Assembly (NCBI GenBank): GCA_965217865.1 | Contig: CBDCJO010000002.1 | Location: 3,040,001-3,104,000 of the forward strand | DNA length: 64,000 nt | Source: Candidatus Latescibacterota bacterium | GTDB lineage: Bacteria; Latescibacterota; UBA2968; SICM01 | Reading direction: 5' to 3' | Part shown: positions 50,751-58,747 of the stretch, one piece after another | Layout: each line of letters opens with the position of its first letter | Numbering within the stretch: the first letter of the stretch is position 1 | Notes under the pieces: generated by a model | The model's database searches: none | Told to the model about the DNA's origin: nothing | Seen by the model: the letters and a program-made list of their open reading frames with translations, nothing else | Program-made: the position numbers and the translations under genes

Positions 50751-51522
50751 TCAATCATCGCATCTCGCAAACAGGTCTCCTCCGACGCTGGTGTACGAAC
50801 TGATATAGGTGCATATATCGGAAACCCGGACCCAGTCGGTCAGTTTGTGCCAGCCTTCCGAAAAGGCGAACCATTGATAGTCTAAATTTTCTGCCAAGTA
50901 CCGAACGGCACACGTTGTGGCTGATACCGCCTGGAAACATCTCGAAGGAAACTGTTCGTGGTCGCCTGGTAAGTGATTGTATGATCTCGGAGTCCATTCC
51001 CTGGACGTCGATTTTCACGTAGTCCGGGAGGGACCCGAAGTTATCTCGATGCCGGTCGATCGCCCAGTCGAGGGGAATCGTATAAACCTGAGTCATTCTT
51101 TTCCACTTCCGGTTGGCCGGACGGTGCTCCTCGCACTTCGAGAACGTGGACATGCCATGAGACTCGCACACGTGGAAGGTTTCCATCCGGCTGTCCGTCC
51201 CGGCGCAGATCCCGGATTCAGACAGGCGAAGTCTGTTTTCGTTCTTAAACCTGTTGTTCAGCACGTCCAGGCAATAGGGATTTGGCTCATAGGCCGTTAC
51301 GAGTGACCCCAGGTCCAGGAAGGCCCGGGTGTGAATACCCAGGTTGGCCCCCACATCGATCACGGTGTCCCCCGGCCGGACGATTGGCTCGTAAAGGCGG
51401 CTGGTCCGGGCCCGGAGCCAGGGATCCCGGACCAGCCACCAGTCCCATGCCCGGGACGCCGGGCCGTACAGGCCCAAGCAAGCAAGCATAGATCCCACGG
51501 CGTTGACTGTCCGTAATGACAT
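50751..51522 (-). pseudogene. FkbM-family methyltransferase, probably frameshifted near 3' end
   Basis: VIDVGANLG, AYEPNP, YVKIDVQG, VSFE; family-like C-terminus YLAENLDYQWF...GDLFAR is in another frame. Confidence 0.75.
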
Positions 51523-51577
51523 CAAGATGAACCCCCTCCGCGGTGGCGTACGGTTGTGCGACATCACAACGAGGATG

Positions 51578-51661
51578 TGATACGTTCATGAAAGGTTGCT
51601 TCGCATAGCTTAAACGTGGAGGTTAAACAAATCAGGCTCCATGAAAGGTTGCTTCGCTTAG
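51578..51661 (+). repeat. Two extra copies of the IS1595 transposase stop region
   Basis: 51578-51608 and 51640-51661 match 50066-50096 (CATGAAAGG[G/T]TGCTTCGC[A/T]TAG). Confidence 0.85.
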
Positions 51662-51663
51662 GA

Positions 51664-51927
51664 TCATTCTTCATCAGGAGGATTATAATGGATAGATGCA
51701 TCGATCAAACTTATGAAGGTCTTATAAAATCGCTGTGCGCCTTCCTTAGCGAAGGACTTGCCCGGTATGACATCGAGCCGAGCGATCTCCCTTCTGAGGT
51801 CCCTGATCATGTTAGTCTTGACCTCGGGGCGAGCAATGACAGTATCCCGGATGATACCCACAAAAACGTTTTGTAACGCCAAAAACTCACCTTGTAGACG
51901 TTCGATTTCTTTCTGATCTTCGTTCAT
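51664..51927 (-). CDS. Hypothetical 87-aa passenger protein
   Basis: GGAGG RBS; helical protein-like composition. Confidence 0.6.
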   Translation of the reverse strand: MNEDQKEIERLQGEFLALQNVFVGIIRDTVIARPEVKTNMIRDLRREIARLDVIPGKSFAKEGAQRFYKTFISLIDASIHYNPPDEE

Positions 51928-51936
51928 TATCCGCCT

Positions 51937-51987
51937 CCATCATCACTACACGAAGCGTTACACGCCGTTCTACGTGGCCGAGGTCCT
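51937..51987 (+). repeat. 51-bp duplicate of IS1595 transposase segment 49978-50028
   Basis: CCATCATCACTACACGAAGCGTTA...GTGGCCGAGGTCCT, 2 mismatches. Confidence 0.88.
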
Positions 51988-52367
51988 TCGAGATTGGCGG
52001 CGATGCGGCGTAGCACCTCGGCCAGATAGGCCCTACTGGCGCAACACGGATCAAACACATAAACGTTCTCCGCGCGGCGAAACCATCGGCGATGCCGAGT
52101 TGGTCTTTGAGTACCCTATCTACCCGGACGACCGATGGCTTCGACTGGGCTTCCTCGAACCCTGCTTCCCTGAGGGCTTCGCTGCCATGAGGGTGTCGAA
52201 TGCGAGCAGAGCCATGGGGATGTGCTATCTTGTTTGGTCCGTGGCGTCAACCAGGAAAGTCCAGTATGGTCCCGTTCATTCCGTTCAATAATGGAGGTAA
52301 AAATGGGGGGAATAGATTTATTTTTTGTATATAATATACTATTTATAAACAACTTATATAAATTATA

Positions 52368-52458
52368 TGGCGGAGAGGGAGGGATTCGAACCCCCGGTAG
52401 AGACAAGCCCTACAACGGCTTTCGAGGCCGCCGCTTTCAACCGCTCAGCCACCTCTCC
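52368..52458 (-). tRNA. tRNA-Ser (CGA), integration target
   Basis: GGAGAGGTGGCTGAG..., GCGGC-CTCGAAA-GCCGT, long variable arm, GCCA end. Confidence 0.96.
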
Positions 52459-52560
52459 AAAAAAAGGTTTTTGCAGGAAGTCACGAGTCCAGAGTCCAAG
52501 GAATAGAAAAATCAATCCTGTGACGCGAATAGCCGTATTCGGGAGGCGCCCAGAACATCG

Positions 52561-53019
52561 TCAATGCGTGCGGAGATTTTCAAAAAACCCCTTGATCAGT
52601 TCCTCGCTCTCGGAACTTCGAACGCCGCGGGTCACTTCGACGCAGTGATTCAACCGTTTATCCCGAACGACATTGAGTAAAGAACCGCACGCCCCAGCTT
52701 TCGGGTCGGGGGTGCCGAAGACGAGTCGGTCCAGCCGGGCAAGTACAGCAGCCCCAGCGCACATCGCGCAGGGTTCCATCGAAACGTAAAGTGTGCAACC
52801 GGTCAAGCGTTCGTATCTCAAAGCGGAAGAGGCTGCCCGGATCGCAACGATTTCCGCGTGCGCGGATGGATCGTGAAGCGCCTCTACCTGATTGTGCCCC
52901 CTGCCAAGAATCCGATCCCCTCGAACGACCAAGGCCCCCACTGGGACGTCCCCCACTTTGGCGGCTTCTCTCGCCTCATCGAGGGCAACCTCCATCCATT
53001 CAAAATCGGATTTTCCCAT
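52561..53019 (-). CDS. tadA: tRNA adenosine(34) deaminase
   Basis: DVPVGA, AHAE, EPCAMCAGA, DPKAGA. Confidence 0.96.
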   Translation of the reverse strand: MGKSDFEWMEVALDEAREAAKVGDVPVGALVVRGDRILGRGHNQVEALHDPSAHAEIVAIRAASSALRYERLTGCTLYVSMEPCAMCAGAAVLARLDRLVFGTPDPKAGACGSLLNVVRDKRLNHCVEVTRGVRSSESEELIKGFFENLRTH

Positions 53020-53089
53020 TCAATTCCATCGATTGTTGAAGAAAAAATATATACTATTCCCGATGGGCCGTCAACAGGTTTCTAAGCGC

Positions 53090-53962
53090 TTAACAGCCCG
53101 CCTTTTCCACCCTCTCGAACACCTTCCTGCCGGCATTCAAGATATAAGCGATATACTCTGAATCGTCGTGATCGGCAAGGATGTGTGCCCGCAAAAGGCG
53201 TTCGACTTTCTCCCGGACTTCCGATGTCAAGATGCCGTCGGCACCGCGCATGTCGGCCAAACGGCGTTTGGCTTCGTCGTTCAGCAGCAGGTCGGGGTGG
53301 TCGGTTGCCAGGGAATGGACGACGGCGGTCACGACCTGATCGAATCCCCACGATCTGCGGACGGCCTCCGGGAGGCGGTCCAGGAGGGCTCGAGGCAAAG
53401 AACCGATAAAGCGGGCATGCCACTCCACACGCCGGAAATCCTCGAATTCCTGAAGGAGATCGAGATCCTCCCTTTGCCCGTCGTCATCAACCGCAGAACA
53501 GTCGTCGGGACGAATCGTCGTCCAACGACGCAGGCGTTTTATCTCCCCCTCGAGAAGACCGATATAGTTGGAACGCAGGATCGCGCCCGCAGAGTTTCCC
53601 ATTTCGGTCAGACGCCTGTGTACGTTCTCCCATCCTCTCATCCGAACAGACTCAAATCGATCCGGGCGAAGGAGGTCGATCGCTGTGTTCAGGTCCCCCT
53701 GCGATTCATCGTCGAGTCCTGCATCCATGCATACCGCAGCTCTTTTGATGCCTTTCGCAAGATCCTCTTTTCCAGCCTTAATTCCTTTTCGGTACCGCTG
53801 GGCGTGTTGAATCGCCGCGCTCTGGAGATATCCGATTAAGGATTCCTGAAAGGGCTCCCGGAACCGTCCCAATCGGATACCAAGCTCCAGGACCCGACCC
53901 AGAAAGGTTTTCTCGTCTACGTGAAGACGGTTCAGATCCAGTTTTGCAAGGGACTTCGTCAT
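53090..53962 (-). CDS. Hypothetical helical protein (DUF6178/DUF6179-like)
   Basis: MDAGLDDESQGDLNTAIDLL...RMRGW; resemblance recalled by eye. Confidence 0.55.
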   Translation of the reverse strand: MTKSLAKLDLNRLHVDEKTFLGRVLELGIRLGRFREPFQESLIGYLQSAAIQHAQRYRKGIKAGKEDLAKGIKRAAVCMDAGLDDESQGDLNTAIDLLRPDRFESVRMRGWENVHRRLTEMGNSAGAILRSNYIGLLEGEIKRLRRWTTIRPDDCSAVDDDGQREDLDLLQEFEDFRRVEWHARFIGSLPRALLDRLPEAVRRSWGFDQVVTAVVHSLATDHPDLLLNDEAKRRLADMRGADGILTSEVREKVERLLRAHILADHDDSEYIAYILNAGRKVFERVEKAGC

Positions 53963-54021
53963 AAAAAATTGGTGCTGGGGAACAAGCGTTGAGGGGAAGC
54001 CGGGTGTTTCAATGGCCGTGT

Positions 54022-55272
54022 TTATTGGCCGGCTTCTTCGAGATCCGAGTCCGTCTCCTCCATCCCATCCGCCCCCCGGGTACTCTCCCAGGCGAACCGA
54101 ATCGCCCGCTTGAAGAGTTCGGGAGAAGCCTCGAATAGGTAATTCAGGACGGATCCGATATTTGGGTCTTCGATATACAATCCAGGAGGGGGCCCCCCCA
54201 GCGCGGATTCGGAGAAAAGTTTGAACCGTGTGACCTTCGGCGCACCTGGGAAGGGGGAGACCTTACCCTCCAGGTCGAGCTGTCCCACGATTCCTATCAG
54301 GGCGTCGCGGAGCAGATCCACCTCGACCGCCTCCAGGAGGCGGACCCGGTGCGGGACATCCTCCACCTCGGCCGCGGCCTCCAACCACTCCCAGGCCACA
54401 TTCTGACGCGTCTCCGGGTTATCGATCGGTTCCAGGGTGTCTGCCACAATCTCGGAGAATCGCCCGGGGGACATCGCACGAAGCAGCTCGGCGTTATACT
54501 TCATGTATTCAGACTCCACGACAAGGAGATCAATGATGATTTCCGTTGAGAGGGCGTTCACCACCCCCGGGCTGTAACTGCCGCCCTCCGGTCCCGTGAT
54601 CGACAACAGCTCCTCCCGAGCCTCTCCCCCCGCCAGGACCAGTGCCGTTTGCTCCTCTGCAGATCGGAGCTGCATCTCTTTATGGGCTTCGAAAGCTCGC
54701 CCCTTAGACAACAGGGCCTTGATCCCCTCGGCTTCCTGAAGCACGACCCTCAGATCTTTCGACCAAGAGCCTACAACCACATTCGCTCCCTGAATCACCG
54801 CCGGGGGAATCAAGCCCTCCATTTCAGGTTGGGATCGAATCGAATCATCCGCCAGATGTCCCGGTTTGGCCTGGCCATTCAGCGGTGTGGACCCTTCAGG
54901 GAAGTAATTGGGAAGGGGGGGAAGGGCTTCACCGCACTGGAGCCGGTCTTCTAAATTCTTCTGGTGGAACACACAAAGCCTTGCGGTGGGGATGATTTCC
55001 AGGCGGACTCGCCCGAGGACCCCCTTGCATCCCGGCCATTCGCAAATTCCGAAGTCCCCTTCTTTAATTTTCGCAAGGGCGTGGTCGATTTCGTTAATTT
55101 CACGATGGTCGGCCCTATCCTGGGGGGGAGGGTCGAGTGGAAGTTCGGGAAGATCCGCCTCCGGTTCGGGGACAGTTTTATTCTTGTCTCGTCGTTCGTC
55201 GATCTGGTTGAAGATCTCCTGTCTTCGCCGAATTAATCGGTCTTTGAGAAGGACCATCTGCTCTTTTGTCAC
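54022..55272 (-). CDS. DksA/TraR-like zinc-finger domain fused to a ~300-aa helical domain
   Basis: EIDHALAKIKEGDFGICEWPGC...RLEIIPTARLCVFHQ. Confidence 0.75.
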   Translation of the reverse strand: MTKEQMVLLKDRLIRRRQEIFNQIDERRDKNKTVPEPEADLPELPLDPPPQDRADHREINEIDHALAKIKEGDFGICEWPGCKGVLGRVRLEIIPTARLCVFHQKNLEDRLQCGEALPPLPNYFPEGSTPLNGQAKPGHLADDSIRSQPEMEGLIPPAVIQGANVVVGSWSKDLRVVLQEAEGIKALLSKGRAFEAHKEMQLRSAEEQTALVLAGGEAREELLSITGPEGGSYSPGVVNALSTEIIIDLLVVESEYMKYNAELLRAMSPGRFSEIVADTLEPIDNPETRQNVAWEWLEAAAEVEDVPHRVRLLEAVEVDLLRDALIGIVGQLDLEGKVSPFPGAPKVTRFKLFSESALGGPPPGLYIEDPNIGSVLNYLFEASPELFKRAIRFAWESTRGADGMEETDSDLEEAGQ

Positions 55273-55381
55273 GGTCGCTCCGAATGCGGGATGGTGGGGG
55301 ACCGGCGTCGAGTCTTGAAGGCTTGCTTTTGGGTGACTTAACCTTCCTGATCACCGATGGAAATCCAAGGCCACAGATGAA

Positions 55382-55477
55382 AATGTAACTCCAGAAGCTG
55401 GGATTGTCAAGGTCCTAATAAATTATTTTTAATAAAGTTAAATAGTTCTTGACACGAAGAATCACGGTTCGTAAATT
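55382..55477. promoter_or_regulatory. Divergent sigma-70 promoters
   Basis: Minus strand TTGACA-17-TACATT (55382-55410); plus strand TTGACA-17-TAAATT (55449-55477); AT-rich between them. Confidence 0.65.
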
Positions 55478-55639
55478 GTATCTTAAAATAATTCGCCCCT
55501 GGAGTCGAACCACCGGACTTTGGATTTCTTCGGTGGTTTTTTCAGGCTCGGGAATCGCGATTCCGGGGGAGCCGTCCGATTCGTATCGCGTCTCGAATCG
55601 ATGCAGAGCCCGAACGTCCTCTGAGGGAAAAGGCTGGAA

Positions 55640-56332
55640 ATGTTCAAGACGGATTTGCTTAATAAGGTTCCCCTATTCCGGGGTCTCTCCCAGGCGGAGT
55701 TGGATGCCCTGGCCGATGTCACGACGTTGCACCGGATTCGCCGGGATGCCCGGATTATCATAGCGGACGACGAGGGGGACAGCTTCTTCGTGATTGCGAA
55801 GGGAAAGGTAAAAGTAGGTCTGTCCGGACCGGACGGCCGAGAGGTAATTTTGACCATGCTGGGTCCCGGGGATTTTTTCGGCGATATGTCTCTCCTGGAT
55901 GGGAGGCCGCGGTCCGCGAATGTGACCAACGTTGAGGCCTCAGAGTTGCTTGCGTTACGACGCCTGGATTTTCTGTCTCTGGTTGAAAGAAAACCTCAGA
56001 TTGCTGTGGAGATTCTGAAGACCATCGCCTCCCGGCTTCGGAAGGCGAACCGCCAGATCGTCGGCTTCTCTTTTCTGGGAATCATCGACCGGGTCTGCGA
56101 TGCCTTGCTGGGCATGTTCGACGATCGCGGAGAGGAGACGGTTGAAGGGGTGCTGATACGCAACCGGCCAACCCATCAAGTCCTTGCGGATATGACAGGG
56201 GCGACACGCGAGACGGTTTCGCGTGCCATCAAGCGGCTTGAGGAAGGCGGGTATATCTCGGTACGTGGAAAGGATATCCTATTTCTCAGAAGCCGCCGGA
56301 GGTTGGCGTCCAGGTTCCGACGAAACGAGTGA
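55640..56332 (+). CDS. Crp/Fnr family transcriptional regulator
   Basis: GDFFGDMSLLDGRPRSA cNMP pocket, GATRETVSR HTH. Confidence 0.94.
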   Translation: MFKTDLLNKVPLFRGLSQAELDALADVTTLHRIRRDARIIIADDEGDSFFVIAKGKVKVGLSGPDGREVILTMLGPGDFFGDMSLLDGRPRSANVTNVEASELLALRRLDFLSLVERKPQIAVEILKTIASRLRKANRQIVGFSFLGIIDRVCDALLGMFDDRGEETVEGVLIRNRPTHQVLADMTGATRETVSRAIKRLEEGGYISVRGKDILFLRSRRRLASRFRRNE

Positions 56333-56541
56333 TTCGGGCCCGGGTTGGAGCACCCGGAAAAGGAGGGGTGGAGGAGGAAGGTAAAGCGGAAGACATACGA
56401 GAACCGAGAGACGGAGAGCCGAAGGAGCGAGAACAGGGATGAGGTTACCCTTTTGCTCCTCTTCAGCCCTCCGTTTTTTTATAGATCCGAATGCCCCAAG
56501 TTCCAGGTTCCACGTTCCAAAATTGACACGTGGGGTTTCGT

Positions 56542-58497
56542 ATGATGAATAACGAGGGAGATAGGAAGGGCGCGATCGGCCTTCGCGCGATCGTGTTTGG
56601 AATCTTTATATCGGTCGGGGTAAGCCTTTTGGCCAATACCGTCCGGTATGTCCATTCCGGTTCGTACATGGCTCTCAGTCACGTGCCGATGTCGAACCTC
56701 ATCCTTTTCGTGGCCTCGATAATCGGATTTGCTGCGTTTGCACGATGGTTCGGGGATCGGTTTGTCCTGTCTCCAGCCGAGTGGATCACAATCTTCTGCA
56801 TGGGGCTCGTCAGCGCCATCGGTCCGACCTACGGTGTGAGCGGGCATCTTGTTGGTTTGATGGCATCTCCCTATTACTTCGCAACACCCGAAAATGCCTG
56901 GGGGGAACACCTCCACCCCTATCTGCCATCGTGGTTGATTCCAACCAACCAGGGCGGCGCCATGGCGTGGTTTTACGAAGGCCTCCCAGAGGGGGCCTCG
57001 ATTCCGTGGGGGGTCTGGGGAATCCCCCTCCTCTGGTGGTTCACATTTATCTGTGCCGGCGGGTTTGCCTGCGCTTGCACATCCATCATCCTTCACCGGC
57101 AATGGGCAGAGAATGAGAAACTGGTGTATCCGGCGTTGTCCCCGATCCTGGAGATGGCCACGCGGGGAGGAAGAGGCACGCGATGGCTGCCGGAATTCAT
57201 GAACGGAAAAGCATTTTGGATGGGATTCGGTCTCGTCTCCTTCGTTTTCTGGTGGAACATGGTTGGATGGTTCAATCCCCTTGTCCCTCAGTTTCCGACC
57301 GCAGGAGGGTCGTGGGTCTTTTTTTCACAGCACCATCCTCCGGCATGGGTCTTTTTGAGTACCGCGGTGATCTCGTTTTCTTATTTCGCAAGGCTGGATA
57401 TCCTTTTCAGTATCTGGTTCTTCGACCTGGTTTTCATCCTGGAAGGGGGGTGGCTGAACAGGTTAGGGATCAGTGCCATCTCCCCCTTCTATGGGACAGG
57501 GCGTTATGAGTGGCAGACTGCCGGAGGGTATGTGGCCCTGGTCGCCTGGGGACTCTGGATCGGGAGGGGGCACCTTCGAGATGTCGTTTGGAAAGCCTTA
57601 AAGCCAGACCGAACTGATCTGAATGACGACGATGAACTCCTGACGTATCGAGGGGCATTGATCGGCCTTGCGGTCAGTTCCATGTATGTCGGGGCATGGC
57701 TTGCGCGGACCGGCATGGAAGTCAAGATGATCGCCATTCTGATTCCCACGACCCTACTGGTCTATATCGGGCTTTCAAAGATCCTAGCTGACTCCGGTTT
57801 GATCTATGCAGACCCCCCCACATCATCCACAAAGCTGTCCCTGGCGGCGTTGGGCGGGACAGATTCGGCGGCTACTCACACGGCACTGGGCCTGTCCTCG
57901 ACCGTCCTGAGTCATTACAGGGGGTTTGCCATGCCAGTGATGGCCCACGTCACCCGGTTGGCCGACTTCGTTTCAGACGGAAAGCACCGGCTCTTCCTGG
58001 GGGTTTGTCTGGCCTTTATCGTGGGACTGGTCGCCTCCACACTCCACACGATCTGGCTCGGGTATGCCATCGGGGCTTTCAACTTCAGACCAAACTGGCT
58101 GATCGTGGGGGATGGGATCGCGAGGTTTCAAGGCGTTGTGAATTCCATCAAGGGCTCGGAACCGATCGAATCACAAAATCTCTGGTTTTTCCTGATTGGG
58201 GCAGGTGCCATGGCCATTCTAAACTGGCTTCGATATCGATTGGTCTGGTGGCCGTTTCATCCGATCGGGTTTGCTCTTTCGGGTACGGGGCTGTCGCGGC
58301 TGACGAGCTTTACCATCATGATTGCCTGGCTTCTAAAGCTGGCCATGCTCAAAATGATCGGACCGTCGTTCTACCGGCGGTCCAGACCGTTTTTCCTCGG
58401 TGTGCTGATCGGATACATCATCGCAGTGGCAGGCGGGGTGGTCGTGGATGCGATCTACTTCCCTGAACAAGGTCACAAGGTGCATAAATGGTACTGA
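56542..58497 (+). CDS. Polytopic membrane protein, DUF6785/DUF6784-like (OPT-related)
   Basis: Many TM helices; PYYFATPENAW, RQWAENEKLVYP, WWPFHPIG, RPFFLG. Confidence 0.75.
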   Translation: MMNNEGDRKGAIGLRAIVFGIFISVGVSLLANTVRYVHSGSYMALSHVPMSNLILFVASIIGFAAFARWFGDRFVLSPAEWITIFCMGLVSAIGPTYGVSGHLVGLMASPYYFATPENAWGEHLHPYLPSWLIPTNQGGAMAWFYEGLPEGASIPWGVWGIPLLWWFTFICAGGFACACTSIILHRQWAENEKLVYPALSPILEMATRGGRGTRWLPEFMNGKAFWMGFGLVSFVFWWNMVGWFNPLVPQFPTAGGSWVFFSQHHPPAWVFLSTAVISFSYFARLDILFSIWFFDLVFILEGGWLNRLGISAISPFYGTGRYEWQTAGGYVALVAWGLWIGRGHLRDVVWKALKPDRTDLNDDDELLTYRGALIGLAVSSMYVGAWLARTGMEVKMIAILIPTTLLVYIGLSKILADSGLIYADPPTSSTKLSLAALGGTDSAATHTALGLSSTVLSHYRGFAMPVMAHVTRLADFVSDGKHRLFLGVCLAFIVGLVASTLHTIWLGYAIGAFNFRPNWLIVGDGIARFQGVVNSIKGSEPIESQNLWFFLIGAGAMAILNWLRYRLVWWPFHPIGFALSGTGLSRLTSFTIMIAWLLKLAMLKMIGPSFYRRSRPFFLGVLIGYIIAVAGGVVVDAIYFPEQGHKVHKWY

Positions 58498-58679
58498 GCA
58501 TGGGATATGACCCACCCCGCCCCGGCTTAAGTCACGCCGGGGCACCCCTCCAAGGAGGGGATTTTGGTGAGTGTTGCTTGGAATACGTCATGAAAATGAA
58601 AGTCCCCTCCTTGGAGGGGACTAAGGGGTGGGTCTCAAGCCCGGCACCCCTCCCGGGAGGGGATTTAGAGTCTTACAGT
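58495..58679 (+). repeat. Repeat family B copy 2
   Basis: Reverse-complement homolog of 10756-10886 with three CCCCTCC..GGAGGGG hairpins. Confidence 0.8.
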
Positions 58680-58747
58680 ATGACCTCTACGCATAGGATA
58701 TGGGGTGGTCACGTAACGGAGTGGTGTGATCGAGGGAGGTCGCTGGT

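Larger units (their letters stand above)
43973..52381. mobile_element. Integrated PICI/P4-like phage satellite (degenerate) in tRNA-Ser(CGA)
   Basis: 14-bp direct repeat TGGCGGAGAGGGAG at 43973-43986 and 52368-52381; integrase, AlpA, primase-helicase; composition differs from flanks. Confidence 0.88.

Noticed and set aside
48710-51987. Repeats considered as a CRISPR array or integron attC sites
   Set aside because: No constant repeat-spacer period, no cas genes, no RYYYAAC/GTTRRRY pairs, and the integrase is P4-type rather than IntI
51974-52291. 105-aa plus-strand ORF at island end
   Set aside because: Begins inside the duplicated transposase piece; probably a gene fragment or chance ORF
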